Positions 53,334 through 64,000 of a DNA stretch of 64,000 nt are shown here, in pieces (position 1 is the stretch's first letter; every line of letters starts with the position of its first letter). The notes below the pieces were generated by a model that was not told where the DNA came from, did no database searches, and saw only the letters and a program-made list of their open reading frames with translations. Source of the stretch: a bacterium (GTDB lineage: Bacteria; SAR324; NAC60-12). A program made the position numbers and the translations under genes. The stretch is from assembly GCA_965209155.1 (NCBI GenBank), contig OZ242383.1, positions 128,001-192,000 of the forward strand. The letters run 5' to 3'.

Positions 53334-53693
53334 ATGGAAAAGCGTGGATCTAAATTAATTGGCGATGGAAAATACTATGAACTACAAGTCTATCGCGGTG
53401 ATGGAAACCTCGAGCACGAAGCGATTCCCTTTTCCGGGATTCTTCGGCAACACTATAATCCTCATATCGTGTTGTTGATCAAAAGTCCATATTATTCTCG
53501 TCAACAAAGCATTGCTTTTGAAATTCGAGTAGATGACATTCTCCACGTCGATGAAATGCCTACAGAAATTGGACCTGATGGTGTGATGGTAGAATATGTC
53601 AAGCTATGGGTTAGAAAAGGGAGTACCATCGTCAAGATGGAACCCATGCGAGTTACTGAAAATGATACAACGCATCCTACTCTAAATCCTTAA
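53334..53693 (+). CDS. Hypothetical protein
   Basis: 119-aa ORF filling the ilvC-rho gap. Confidence 0.65.
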   Translation: MEKRGSKLIGDGKYYELQVYRGDGNLEHEAIPFSGILRQHYNPHIVLLIKSPYYSRQQSIAFEIRVDDILHVDEMPTEIGPDGVMVEYVKLWVRKGSTIVKMEPMRVTENDTTHPTLNP

Positions 53694-54002
53694 ATTCGTC
53701 CTAAAAAATACTTGACAGTTTCTTTCGCAATCAAGCATTATAAGCACACATCAATATTTTCCTTCCGTGTTGATACTTGAATTTTTTCCCAACTGAATCC
53801 TCTAACACTAACCTGAATTTTATTGATCTAATCTAAACAGATAAGAGTTCAATCCTTTATTGGTGCCTTTTTCAAAGAACTCAATGAATTTTTAGTGAAA
53901 GACTCAAATAAAAAACCAGTGGTTAATTTGTTGAATCAATTGCATCCTTGCATTTGATCCACATTTCCGCTTACTTTAAAAAATTCCAACTGAATCAAAT
54001 AT

Positions 54003-55343
54003 ATGAAAAATCAAGCAACAGCCCGCCGTTATAATAATTTCCGTTCTCAAAACCATTCAGACTCCCACAAATCACAAAACAATGATGTCCCCACGCTCAA
54101 TTTAATTGAGTTAAAACGCAAAGAGATCGCAGAATTGGTCAAAATTGCCAGGGAATACAACATTGAAAATGCCAGCAGTATGCGTCGTCAGGAATTGATT
54201 TTCGGCCTTTTGCAAGCGCAAACCAAACAAAATGGCGTGATATATGGAGAAGGGGTTTTAGAAACCTTGCCTGATGGTTTTGGCTTTCTGCGTGCCCCGG
54301 ATTATAACTACCTTCCAGGTCCGGATGATATTTATGTCTCACCTTCGCAGATCCGACGATTCAATATGAGAACCGGAGATACGATTTCAGGTCATATCCG
54401 CGCCCCGAAGGACAGCGAACGCTATTATGCATTGTTGAAGGTGGAAAATTTGAATTTCGAGACTTCCGAATTCTCTAAAGATAAAATTCTCTTTGATAAT
54501 CTCACTCCCCTTTATCCTGAAAAACGACTGACCCTGGAATGTGGCAAAGAAGCGCTGACGGCACGCTTGATTGATTTGGTGGTTCCGGTCGGAAAGGGAC
54601 AGCGCGGCCTCATCGTTGCACCACCACGTACTGGCAAAACGATGATTTTACAGAATATTGCGAATAGCATTTCCACCAACTATCCTGAAGTTTATTTGAT
54701 AGTCCTGCTGATTGACGAGCGTCCTGAGGAGGTAACCGATATGGAGCGGTCCGTCAAAGGGGAGGTGATCAGCTCGACGTTCGACGAACCTTCTACACGT
54801 CACGTACAAGTGGCAGAGATGGTCATTGAAAAAGCCAAACGATTAGTGGAACATAAAAAAGACGTGGTAATATTGCTCGACTCCCTCACTCGCCTGGCCC
54901 GGGCTTATAATTCGGTAGTCCCTCCCAGTGGTAAAATACTTTCTGGGGGTGTCGATTCCAATGCGCTGCAAAAACCCAAACGATTTTTTGGTGCCGCACG
55001 CAATATTGAAGAAGGGGGTTCTCTCACTATCATCGCGACAGCCTTGATTGATACCGGAAGCCGCATGGATGAAGTGATTTTTGAAGAATTCAAAGGAACA
55101 GGCAATATGGAACTTCACTTGGATCGAAAACTCGTTGAAAAACGAGTCTTTCCTGCCATGGATATCAATAAATCCGGTACTCGTAAAGAAGAACTTCTTA
55201 CCGCGAAAAACGATTTGGACCGCATTTGGGTACTGCGTAAAGTCCTCTCTCAACTAAGCGTAGTCGAATCAATGGAATTCATTCATGAAAAACTGGTTAA
55301 ATTTGATTCAAATGCTCAATTCTTAGATATGATGGACAAATAA
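54003..55343 (+). CDS. rho: Transcription termination factor Rho
   Basis: [30 protein letters not shown]. Confidence 0.98.
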   Translation: MKNQATARRYNNFRSQNHSDSHKSQNNDVPTLNLIELKRKEIAELVKIAREYNIENASSMRRQELIFGLLQAQTKQNGVIYGEGVLETLPDGFGFLRAPDYNYLPGPDDIYVSPSQIRRFNMRTGDTISGHIRAPKDSERYYALLKVENLNFETSEFSKDKILFDNLTPLYPEKRLTLECGKEALTARLIDLVVPVGKGQRGLIVAPPRTGKTMILQNIANSISTNYPEVYLIVLLIDERPEEVTDMERSVKGEVISSTFDEPSTRHVQVAEMVIEKAKRLVEHKKDVVILLDSLTRLARAYNSVVPPSGKILSGGVDSNALQKPKRFFGAARNIEEGGSLTIIATALIDTGSRMDEVIFEEFKGTGNMELHLDRKLVEKRVFPAMDINKSGTRKEELLTAKNDLDRIWVLRKVLSQLSVVESMEFIHEKLVKFDSNAQFLDMMDK

Positions 55344-55406
55344 AGTAATCCAGTCTACTATAGCATTTTATGTTTATCCTCCAGTCCTGTTATTCTAAAA
55401 GACTCT

Positions 55407-55616
55407 ATGAAAAGCAAAATTCACCCTGACTACCAACCCACCGTGTTTCGTTGCAGCTGTGGCAATGTTTTGGAAACTTCCTCGAGCCTTGGGGGAGAGC
55501 ACCATATTGAAATTTGCTCCAAATGTCATCCATTCTTCAGTGGTAAAGAAAGAACTTTGATTGACACGGCAGGTCGTATTGAAAAGTTCAATCGCCGTTA
55601 CAAGCGGGCTTCTTAA
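55407..55616 (+). CDS. rpmE: 50S ribosomal protein L31
   Basis: MKSKIHPDY, CSCG, CSKCHPFFSG. Confidence 0.96.
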   Translation: MKSKIHPDYQPTVFRCSCGNVLETSSSLGGEHHIEICSKCHPFFSGKERTLIDTAGRIEKFNRRYKRAS

Positions 55617-55655
55617 ATTGTTGCCAGATGCAAATGCGTATCGCTGAGAAGGCCT

Positions 55656-56720
55656 ATGTGGGACAAATTGAAAAACCTGAAAACTCGATATGAACAGCTC
55701 ACGCATACCTTGACACTGGCGGAAATTCTGAACGATCCGGAACAATACCGGCATGTGAGCAAAGAGCATGCCGATCTTGCAGAGTTGGTCCGAGCCTATG
55801 ATGACTACGCAACCTTGCAGGCAGAATTACAAGCAAATCAAGAAATCATAGCCGACCCTCGAGAAGATCCGGAATTACATGAAATGGCGCAGCAGGAAAT
55901 TGAATTGCTGTCCCAGAAGATTGAAACCCTGGAAAACAAAACAAAACTGCTCCTGCTTCCTAAAGATCCCGATGATGCCCGAGACACTATTCTCGAAATA
56001 AGAGCCGGTACTGGAGGAGAGGAGGCTGCACTCTTTGTTTCGGATTTGTTTCGCATGTATATTCGTTATGCGGAATTGAGAAAATGGCGTTTGCAAATCA
56101 TTGAACAACACGAAACCGATATTGGGGGATTCAAAGAGATCATTGTCGCTATCGAAGGCAAAGATGTTTACAGTCGCTTGAAATTTGAAGGTGGCGTCCA
56201 TCGCGTACAACGCATCCCCAGAACCGAAACTCAAGGGCGGGTTCATACTTCTGCTGCAACTGTTGCGGTTTTACCTGAAGTGGCAGATGTTGAAATCGAT
56301 ATCAATCCCAGCGACGTCCGGGTTGACGTCTTTCGTTCCTCCGGTCCTGGAGGACAAAGCGTTAATACGACCGATTCGGCGGTACGTATCACCCATTTGC
56401 CAACAGGTTTGGTTGTTACTTGCCAAAATGAAAAATCTCAACTGAAAAATAAAAACCAGGCATTAAAAGTGTTGAGGGCTCGTCTTTATGAAAACGAAAT
56501 GAGAGCGCAGCAGGATTCCACCGCGGTGCGTCGAAAAAATATGGTTGGCAGTGGCGATCGCAGTGAACGGATTCGAACTTACAATTTCCCACAAGGTCGT
56601 GTTACCGACCATCGAGTGAATCTCACTTTATACCAGTTGGAAAACGTCCTCATGGGAAATATGGATCTAATTGTCGATACCTTACTGACTCACCATCAAA
56701 CAGAACTTCTCAAAAAATGA
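55656..56720 (+). CDS. prfA: Peptide chain release factor 1
   Basis: EIRAGTGGEEA, PxT (PRT), GGQ. Confidence 0.96.
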   Translation: MWDKLKNLKTRYEQLTHTLTLAEILNDPEQYRHVSKEHADLAELVRAYDDYATLQAELQANQEIIADPREDPELHEMAQQEIELLSQKIETLENKTKLLLLPKDPDDARDTILEIRAGTGGEEAALFVSDLFRMYIRYAELRKWRLQIIEQHETDIGGFKEIIVAIEGKDVYSRLKFEGGVHRVQRIPRTETQGRVHTSAATVAVLPEVADVEIDINPSDVRVDVFRSSGPGGQSVNTTDSAVRITHLPTGLVVTCQNEKSQLKNKNQALKVLRARLYENEMRAQQDSTAVRRKNMVGSGDRSERIRTYNFPQGRVTDHRVNLTLYQLENVLMGNMDLIVDTLLTHHQTELLKK

Positions 56721-56880
56721 TATGAAAGGCCACTCCTTGATGAATTGATCGCTCACAATCTCATTGAGGCAAGTGTTTAAACCCATTCGCCAACTTCCCC
56801 GGTAATAAGAAGACCAGAAGATTCTATCTCAAGAAACAAAAGCCCATTTTACCTGTCCACGGGTAATTCATACTCAACGA

Positions 56881-59202
56881 TTAAAACAAAGACATCTGTC
56901 GATTGGCTCCGATGGTTTCATCAAAATCGAGGCCGAGCATGGCAAGTACCGGTTCTGCCACAGGTCTTACTTGTTTGTCGAGATAGTGTTCGTGATCCGG
57001 CTTGTTTTGCAATGCGTCCAGGGGTTCGGGGCCGGCAACGGTCATCAGGTAGGAAATGACGCGACCCGGACTGCGGGATTTACGAGCTGCGGCGACGTGT
57101 GGTGGCGTATTGGCAGTGTAGGCTGAGAGACTCTTTCTCAGTCCTTTGTGGTAAACCAGCTTATGGTCGAGTTCGCCTTTGCGCAGTGAGGTTGTGATAT
57201 TCGTGAGATAGTCGTCGACGGGTTCGTCTGCGAAAAGTCTCTTGTATAGTTCACGCTGGATGTCCTTGGCGAGTTCCGTCCAATCGCGGCGCACGACTTC
57301 CATTCCGGTAAATTCGACCTCATTGTAACCATCAACCAGCCCGGCATAACGTTTTCTCGCGCCAGCAGCACCATGGCGAACAGAGGGCAGGAAAAGCTTC
57401 AGGTATAGTTTTTCAAATTCCATTTCCAGGCGACTCGTCACTTGCCAGGTTGCTTCAATATAATTCGCGATCGCCTCGTTCAATTCGACCGACAAGCGTC
57501 CTCCCGCATTCCGGGCATCCTCCAAGCGCATCCCGGAGCCCACGAAGACACTGTCGGTGTCTCCATAAAGCACGGAAAAACCTCGCTCTTCAAACCAGCG
57601 CTTCGACCATTGCAGGAGGTGACGACCCGTACCAGTGACGGCATTGGCGATGGCGACATTGTGGAACCGGCAGGCTGGTGTACCGAGAACACCATAAAAA
57701 GAGTTCATGAGGATCTTGATGGCTTGGGAAGCTATCGCATCGCCGTTTTGTTTGGCCGCTTCCCTTTGCGGAAACAACTCATCGAGCATCTCCGGCAAAA
57801 TAGCGCTACAACGGCGAAAAGCGGCATCGTCGGTGACTCTGACGACCTCATCGTCGGACTCTTGAATCGTCACAAAGCCCAAGGGATCAATGTTGAAGGT
57901 ACGGATCACACTCGGATACAGACTTTTGAAATCGAACACCCACACATTTTCGTGGATACCCGTGACCGGTTCGAAGACGTGACCCCCGGCTTGATGGCGA
58001 GAAACACGGTTGTCTCCGGAACGTACGCTTGGTGCGACGATTTTGCGTTTGCCAAGCGCCGCAAGGTAGCGGAAATCGAAGGAAGCGATGCTGGCAGCAA
58101 CTCGATCCGGTGTCATACCCGTTAACTTACTGCGAGCGATGGCCAGCGTGACAAGATTGAGTTTTTCCACGATTTCGAGAGCTAAACGAGCATCGGTACG
58201 GGCGTATTCCGCAAAAGTGTCCAAATCATTTCGATAGCGAGTCAGGATATCCTCGGCACGATTGGCAGTGTTCCCAATTTCGACCTTTCCTTCGCCCAGG
58301 ACCTCACCGGCGACATTGTTCAGAGAATAATCGTCGAAGCGTATGAATGCGCCCCGTACAAGATCGATACCGTCCAGTACCAAGCGACCGGGAATGGACG
58401 CTTGACCACCGCCGAAGTAGCCCTGTGGTGGGCGTAGTCGAATTGGACCCGCATCTCTGCCAATCTGTATTGACATACGTAGACCTTTGGCAATTTGTTC
58501 AAGTACCTTGAGGTCAAAGTCAATCACATTCCACCCGGTGAGTACATCCGGATCCAATTCGTGGATTCGGGAGATAAAGGCTTCGAGCACTCGGCTTTCG
58601 TTACTGAAACCAATAGCCTTCTCTGGCATGGGCCTTTTCTTCGCATCGACAATGTAAACTTCGTCGACGCCTATTCCGTAAAGTGCAATGGCGAGCAGTC
58701 TATTGGCGGAGGGATTCGTTTCGATGTCGAAAGACAATACAGTTGGTTCCACTTTCACCTCTGCGGAGCGGAGTTTCGGATTGTCGTAAATTCGAGAAAT
58801 TTGCTCACCAGTTGTCCAAACACCTGTGATTTCGCATCCCCCCCGAATATCGCGATCAATTAAATAACGTATTGCGAAACGAACGTCTGCTTCGAATGTA
58901 TCGATTTGGTTTGCTTCCAAGCGCTCACGTATCGACGGTAAATCCCGGGGCAGGTCGAAATCGACGCGTAGCACGGTATCGCCGTTAAATGTCTGGAACC
59001 CGGTTTCGACCTGACGTGAAGCACCTAAACGCTTAGCATGCGCCGAGTCCCTTTGGCGAATGTATAAATGCGGGACCTGGTTGTGGTCTCGTACCAGAAA
59101 AGTACCACCGCTTTCCAGAATACCATAAAGATATACGACTGGGATGTTGTCATGGAGACGATAACTGGCCTGAAAAATAAATCCACGAACCGGATCAGTC
59201 AT
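56881..59202 (-). CDS. polB: DNA polymerase II (family B)
   Basis: FDIET, DFKSLYPS, KILMNSFYG, YGDTDS. Confidence 0.94.
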   Translation of the reverse strand: MTDPVRGFIFQASYRLHDNIPVVYLYGILESGGTFLVRDHNQVPHLYIRQRDSAHAKRLGASRQVETGFQTFNGDTVLRVDFDLPRDLPSIRERLEANQIDTFEADVRFAIRYLIDRDIRGGCEITGVWTTGEQISRIYDNPKLRSAEVKVEPTVLSFDIETNPSANRLLAIALYGIGVDEVYIVDAKKRPMPEKAIGFSNESRVLEAFISRIHELDPDVLTGWNVIDFDLKVLEQIAKGLRMSIQIGRDAGPIRLRPPQGYFGGGQASIPGRLVLDGIDLVRGAFIRFDDYSLNNVAGEVLGEGKVEIGNTANRAEDILTRYRNDLDTFAEYARTDARLALEIVEKLNLVTLAIARSKLTGMTPDRVAASIASFDFRYLAALGKRKIVAPSVRSGDNRVSRHQAGGHVFEPVTGIHENVWVFDFKSLYPSVIRTFNIDPLGFVTIQESDDEVVRVTDDAAFRRCSAILPEMLDELFPQREAAKQNGDAIASQAIKILMNSFYGVLGTPACRFHNVAIANAVTGTGRHLLQWSKRWFEERGFSVLYGDTDSVFVGSGMRLEDARNAGGRLSVELNEAIANYIEATWQVTSRLEMEFEKLYLKLFLPSVRHGAAGARKRYAGLVDGYNEVEFTGMEVVRRDWTELAKDIQRELYKRLFADEPVDDYLTNITTSLRKGELDHKLVYHKGLRKSLSAYTANTPPHVAAARKSRSPGRVISYLMTVAGPEPLDALQNKPDHEHYLDKQVRPVAEPVLAMLGLDFDETIGANRQMSLF

Positions 59203-59336
59203 ACCAAAATCCCACAATATAATGACTAAAACAAATTTCACTTGAAAAAGAGGTTGCTTTGAAATATCATTAACATCTCCTGAAATCTTTCTTATCATGA
59301 GAATAAATTGTTATCCAAAGAAAAAAGAGTTGGAGC

Positions 59337-59927
59337 ATGAGCAAAAGTAAAAAAAAATCCTCTAAAGACGCAAGAAACCTGGTTGCGAAACAGGAACGGA
59401 CAGTCCGCAAAAAAGTCAGACGAAAAAAACATCTACGACCCAACCAAAGCGAGGCATGGCGGCATTCCACTGAAATTGCGGAATCATATCAAGCAGGTAA
59501 ATCCCTTCGAGAACTCGTGCTGTGGGTGAAATCGACTTACCAGATCACGGTATCTCACCAAACCATTAGTGAAATTCTCAAAGCCGAAGGATTGAGCCTT
59601 CGCTCGAGAGGGGGGGCAAAAAAATCACCCATCTGGGAGCATGCCAATGAAATTGCTGAGGAATACAAGCGGGGTGGAACATCCACTGTGAAACTTGCTG
59701 CTAAATATGGCTCTTCTCCCGCCAACATTGCCACCATTCTCAGGTCTGAAGGAGTCAAACTCTATCCATTCAGTGGGCGCAAAATTTCGAAAGCCTGGAA
59801 ACTGGAAAGTGAAATAATCAATGATTATTTTCAGAAAAAGATACCTCAGCAAAAATTGGCTGCTAAATACTCCTGTTCATTAACAACCATCGGAAAGATT
59901 CTCGGAAAGGTAAAAAAAAATAAGTAA
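59337..59927 (+). CDS. Basic protein with three tandem HTH-like repeats
   Basis: Three repeats of W..(H)..EI...Y......LA.KY..S..TI..IL. Confidence 0.7.
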   Translation: MSKSKKKSSKDARNLVAKQERTVRKKVRRKKHLRPNQSEAWRHSTEIAESYQAGKSLRELVLWVKSTYQITVSHQTISEILKAEGLSLRSRGGAKKSPIWEHANEIAEEYKRGGTSTVKLAAKYGSSPANIATILRSEGVKLYPFSGRKISKAWKLESEIINDYFQKKIPQQKLAAKYSCSLTTIGKILGKVKKNK

Positions 59928-60079
59928 TCCGAATGAGCTCATAATCACGCAATATATAAGAAATTCAATTCAGACCCTGTGATTCCGAAACCCAGAAGAC
60001 ACAATCTCCCTTCATGAAGAATGGTGGACGCGCATCGCGTCGACATCAGGATTCAGAACAGGAACTTCCAGAAAAATTC

Positions 60080-61669
60080 ATGTCCTCACCTTTCAAACTT
60101 CACACCCATGGCATTCACGTGGACTCCCTTGTGCGCAACGCCTCCCCTGCGACTTTGTATGAAGAAGCGATCAAATACGAAAAAAAGTCTGCAATCTCCA
60201 GTACAGGAGCGTTGATCGTTTCCTCCGGAGAAAAAACCGGAAGGAGTCCTAAGGACAAAAGGGTCGTCAAAGGACCTGAAAGTAAGCAGCACATTTGGTG
60301 GGGAAATATCAATATTGCATTGGATGAGCATACCTTTCAGATCAACCAGGCACGAGCCATCGATTATTTAAATACCCGTGAGCGACTTTATGTATGCGAT
60401 GGATTTGCTGGTTGGGATCCCAAGTATCGCATCAAGATACGGATTATTTGTTCCCGTCCCTACCATGCGCTTTTTATGCGCAACATGCTCATTCGCCCCT
60501 CCCCGGAAGAATTGGCCAATTTCGGAGAAGCGGACTATACCGTGTACAATGCAGGCGAATTTCCTGCGAATAAATTTACCTCTCAAATGACCTCTGCGAC
60601 CAGTATCGACGTTAATTTTGAAAGCAGGGAATTTGTCATTCTGGGAACTCAATATGCGGGTGAAATGAAGAAGGGGGTTTTCACCATCATGAACTACCTC
60701 ATGCCCAAACAAGACGTATTGTCGATGCATTGCTCCGCCAACGAAGGTGCCAATGGTGAGGTTGCCTTATTTTTCGGTCTTTCCGGTACGGGGAAAACCA
60801 CCCTTTCCGCAACCTCCGAGCGCCGGCTTATTGGGGATGACGAACACTGCTGGAGTGAAGAGGGTATTTTCAACATTGAAGGAGGTTGCTACGCCAAATG
60901 TATCGGACTTCAGGAGGAAGAGGAGCCTGAAATTTTTCGTGCCATTCGTTTTGGCAGTGTTCTCGAAAACGTGGTTTATGATCCCCGGACCCGGGAGGTG
61001 GACTACATGGGCAGCGCCATCACAGAAAACACCCGGGCTTCCTATCCGATCGAATATGTATCCCATGCCAAAATCCCCTGTATCGCTGGGCACCCCAAAA
61101 ACGTGATTTTTCTCACTTGTGATGCTTTTGGCGTGTTGCCTCCCGTGAGCAAGTTGACTCCAGCGCAAGCTATGTACCATTTCATCAGTGGTTATACCGC
61201 CAAAGTGGCGGGAACTGAAATGGGTGTGAAGGAACCACAAGCAACCTTTTCCGCATGTTTCGGTGCTGCCTTCCTCGTCTGGCACCCAACTAAATACGCC
61301 GAACTATTGGCAGCGCGTATTCGACAGACCGGCGCGCAGGTCTGGTTGGTCAACACGGGATGGTCCGGTGGACCATATGGCGTCGGTTCTCGTATGAAGC
61401 TCTCCATCACTCGTACCATTATAGCAGCGATTCTCCAAGGTACTCTCAACAATCAACCCACTGAAACTGATGCCATTTTTGGATATGAAGTGCTCACCCG
61501 TTGCCCCGGAGTTCCCGATGAGGTCATGCTTCCCAAAAACAGCTGGAACGATCCGGATGCTTATGACCGACAAGCTGAGAAGTTGGTTACTTTGTTTCAA
61601 GAAAACTTCAGCTCCTACGAACAAAGCGCCAGTACGGAAATCCTTGCGGCCGGACCCAAACTCCCCTGA
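60080..61669 (+). CDS. pckA: PEP carboxykinase (ATP)
   Basis: [30 protein letters not shown]. Confidence 0.97.
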   Translation: MSSPFKLHTHGIHVDSLVRNASPATLYEEAIKYEKKSAISSTGALIVSSGEKTGRSPKDKRVVKGPESKQHIWWGNINIALDEHTFQINQARAIDYLNTRERLYVCDGFAGWDPKYRIKIRIICSRPYHALFMRNMLIRPSPEELANFGEADYTVYNAGEFPANKFTSQMTSATSIDVNFESREFVILGTQYAGEMKKGVFTIMNYLMPKQDVLSMHCSANEGANGEVALFFGLSGTGKTTLSATSERRLIGDDEHCWSEEGIFNIEGGCYAKCIGLQEEEEPEIFRAIRFGSVLENVVYDPRTREVDYMGSAITENTRASYPIEYVSHAKIPCIAGHPKNVIFLTCDAFGVLPPVSKLTPAQAMYHFISGYTAKVAGTEMGVKEPQATFSACFGAAFLVWHPTKYAELLAARIRQTGAQVWLVNTGWSGGPYGVGSRMKLSITRTIIAAILQGTLNNQPTETDAIFGYEVLTRCPGVPDEVMLPKNSWNDPDAYDRQAEKLVTLFQENFSSYEQSASTEILAAGPKLP

Positions 61670-61737
61670 AAATTAACGCTGACTGAATCTTTTGTCATCT
61701 ACAGAGTTCAAGCATACAAAAAAAGTTTGATTTTTGA

Positions 61738-61920
61738 GATTACTTATGTAATTCTAATAAAAAGATTACAAACGAAATCATATTTCTCCACGACAAAAAA
61801 TAACTATTCAATATCTCATAAAATTTTTTTCAAAATCAGAAAAAAAATTAAATCCAATAAAAAATACTTGTTTTTCATGATTACTTGTGTAATTCTTAAT
61901 AAATGATTACAAAAGTAATC
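61738..61920. promoter_or_regulatory. Four BlaI/MecI/CopY-type operator palindromes (ATTAC-N4-GTAAT) in two duplicated blocks
   Basis: ATTACttatGTAAT, GATTACaaacGAAATC, ATTACttgtGTAAT, GATTACaaaaGTAATC. Confidence 0.75.
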
Positions 61921-61944
61921 AGGCATGAAAAGTAACAAACAGAA

Positions 61945-62319
61945 ATGAGGAAGATGACAAAGAAGATCAGCAATGCAGAGCGTGAAGTGATGGAGGTGCT
62001 ATGGGAAAAATCACCGCAATCGGCCCAGGAGGTGATTGAAACCCTTGCTCCTCAGAAGGATTGGCAGGCCAAGACGGTGAAGACGCTGTTGAATCGTTTG
62101 TTAAAGAAAAAGATTTTAGGGTTCAAAAAGGACAAGAGGAAGTATCTGTATTATCCCATGGTCTGTCGAAAAGTGTATCTGCATTTGGAAAGTAGAAATT
62201 TTCTGCAGAATTGGTTTGGCGGAAAAATCTCCCCGCTGCTCACCAGTTTTGCCGAACAAGAATTATTAACGAAGCAAGAAATTGAGGAATTGAAGATTCT
62301 GTTAGAAAAAATGGATTGA
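61945..62319 (+). CDS. BlaI/MecI/CopY family repressor
   Basis: ISNAEREVMEVLW, W..KTVKTLLNRL.KK. Confidence 0.93.
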   Translation: MRKMTKKISNAEREVMEVLWEKSPQSAQEVIETLAPQKDWQAKTVKTLLNRLLKKKILGFKKDKRKYLYYPMVCRKVYLHLESRNFLQNWFGGKISPLLTSFAEQELLTKQEIEELKILLEKMD

Positions 62320-62339
62320 TCCCTTGAGGAGGTGTTGAA

Positions 62340-64000
62340 ATGGCAACTCTAATGTACGGATTAGCTGAGGCCGCACTATGGTCCAGTCTTTTAATCGTTT
62401 TCGTGTTCGTGATTCGCAAACCGGTGGTTCGTTATTTTGGGGCAAAATGGAGTCACGCGCTTTGGCTGCTCCCTGCTCTTAAAATGATGATCATCGTCAC
62501 CCCTCAAACACAATTCAGCCTTCTTCATTCCTGGCAAACCATCCTTTATAATTTCAAGATGCAGCAAGGGGTGTATGCCCTGCTGCAAAACAAGAAGCCC
62601 CTCACCCCCTCCGAAGCCTTATTCCAACAGATCAACGTAGAGAATAAGGCTCGGTGGGAATCCATGAAAACGGAGATGCAGGAAAGAGCGTCTCCCTTCC
62701 CTGCGGAGCGTTTGAGTGAGCCCGGTTTCCCCCCTCGAGATCCCCCATTATCCGCCTCGGTTGGCGGGTGGCCTCTTCTTTCGGAAATAGATGCCATGAC
62801 GATCATTTTCTTCGTATGGCTTGGGGGATTCGTGATGATGGGACTTTTCACATTACACCGGCATGCGCATTTTCAGAAGCAACTGCTGCGAGAAAAGCGG
62901 GAACCTTCCCCGGAAATGAGCAGGTTGCTCGAAAAACTGTGCCTCAGAATGGGCCTGAAGTTCCAGGGAGACGTGTTCCTATCCGCCCGGATTCAGGGGC
63001 CTGCGATGATCGGATGGTTGCATCCCAAACTGGTGCTACCCCTCCGATTTGACGAACGATATTCCCCACGGGAAATGGAATTCATTCTCGCTCATGAACT
63101 AGCCCATCTGCAACGCAAAGATTCTCTCTTCATCGTTTGGGCCTTGTTGCTCAAGTGTGTTTATTGGTTCAACCCGTTGATCTACCTGGCCTATCGGCTG
63201 TTCCGCCTGGATCAGGAACTGGCCTGTGATCAATGGGTTTTAACTTCTGTTCCCCAAAAGGAACGGAAATCGTATGGATTGACCATACTCAAAACGGTAT
63301 CCCAGCCGGAAATGATGCTTGAAAATTTCCAGGCGGGGTGCTTTTGGTTTACTTTTTCTCAAATGAAAGAAAGGATTGCTATGATAAATCATCATCGAAA
63401 CTCAAAAGGGCGTTCCATGCTGGCCCTCCTCAGCATGATTGTACTTGGTTTCACGACCTTGACCTTTGCCGCCTCGGACATGGTCAAAGACCCCTCCACC
63501 GGCAAGATGGTGACCGCGCCGGAGTATGGCGGGACAATAACCCTCGCCCTAAAAGAAGAGGGGGCGGGTCCTGACGCCGTGGTCTCTGGTTTTTGGGCGA
63601 TACCCTACGTCTCTGGCGTTTTAGAGAAGCTGGCCTACGCTGACTGGGCAACGCCCAGGGACAAATATGACTTCCAGTTTCACAACCCTCCAACTAACAC
63701 GATAGGGTCTCTGGCGGAAAGCTGGTCGCAGCCCGACCCACTGACGTATATCGTCAAAGTCCGCCAGGGCGTTCACTGGCATAATAAGCCGCCGATGAAC
63801 GGTCGGGAGCTGACTGCCCAAGATATCGAGTACAACTATCACCGTGTGACGGGTATGGGCAGCGGTTTCACCGAACCTAGCGAATTTGCTAATAGCTGGC
63901 GCGGTGTGGAAGTGGAATCGATAACGGCCACCGACAAATGGACGGTTGTTATTAAGCTGAAGGAGCTAAACCTCGGTGCGCTGACTGCTATCCTTGACGG
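62340..64000 (+). CDS. BlaR1-like M56 peptidase fused to a family 5 solute-binding domain (runs off the window)
   Basis: GAGGAGG RBS; HELAH, WFNP, ELACD, KERI, then in frame PEYGGT, LAESW, VRQGVHWHNKPPMNGRELTAQD. Confidence 0.88.
   Translation, partial: MATLMYGLAEAALWSSLLIVFVFVIRKPVVRYFGAKWSHALWLLPALKMMIIVTPQTQFSLLHSWQTILYNFKMQQGVYALLQNKKPLTPSEALFQQINVENKARWESMKTEMQERASPFPAERLSEPGFPPRDPPLSASVGGWPLLSEIDAMTIIFFVWLGGFVMMGLFTLHRHAHFQKQLLREKREPSPEMSRLLEKLCLRMGLKFQGDVFLSARIQGPAMIGWLHPKLVLPLRFDERYSPREMEFILAHELAHLQRKDSLFIVWALLLKCVYWFNPLIYLAYRLFRLDQELACDQWVLTSVPQKERKSYGLTILKTVSQPEMMLENFQAGCFWFTFSQMKERIAMINHHRNSKGRSMLALLSMIVLGFTTLTFAASDMVKDPSTGKMVTAPEYGGTITLALKEEGAGPDAVVSGFWAIPYVSGVLEKLAYADWATPRDKYDFQFHNPPTNTIGSLAESWSQPDPLTYIVKVRQGVHWHNKPPMNGRELTAQDIEYNYHRVTGMGSGFTEPSEFANSWRGVEVESITATDKWTVVIKLKELNLGALTAILD

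Overview
64 kb of a bacterial chromosome. The gene set suggests a deltaproteobacterial/SAR324-like lineage, but that is only an inference. It is mostly housekeeping: amtB, eno, crcB, a liv-type ABC operon, gdhA, ccmCDE, gatB, hisD, argS, mreB, infA, folP, tRNA-Glu/Ala, rplU, rpmA, trpS, purB, polA, ilvC, rho, prfA, polB and pckA, plus an AT-rich hydantoinase/oxoprolinase island. The striking feature is ten intergenic copies (about 8.5% of the window) of a 562-bp element with no transposase. It has IS200/IS605-type subterminal hairpins whose guide/cleavage tetranucleotides (TAAA/TAAT left, CAAG/TGAC right) obey the IS608 pairing rule. It inserts 3' of TAAT without duplication, and one pair of copies forms a circle-junction tandem. 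Its only cargo is a 115-aa four-helix-bundle (23S rRNA-IVP/Avd-like) gene, bracketed by its own perfect 20-bp inverted repeat. Other notable items: a MoeB-rhodanese gene with an in-frame UGA at a conserved Cys followed by a SECIS-like hairpin, a BlaI plus BlaR1(M56)-family-5 solute-binding-protein fusion with four operator boxes, nested palindromic repeats, and a candidate structured leader RNA.
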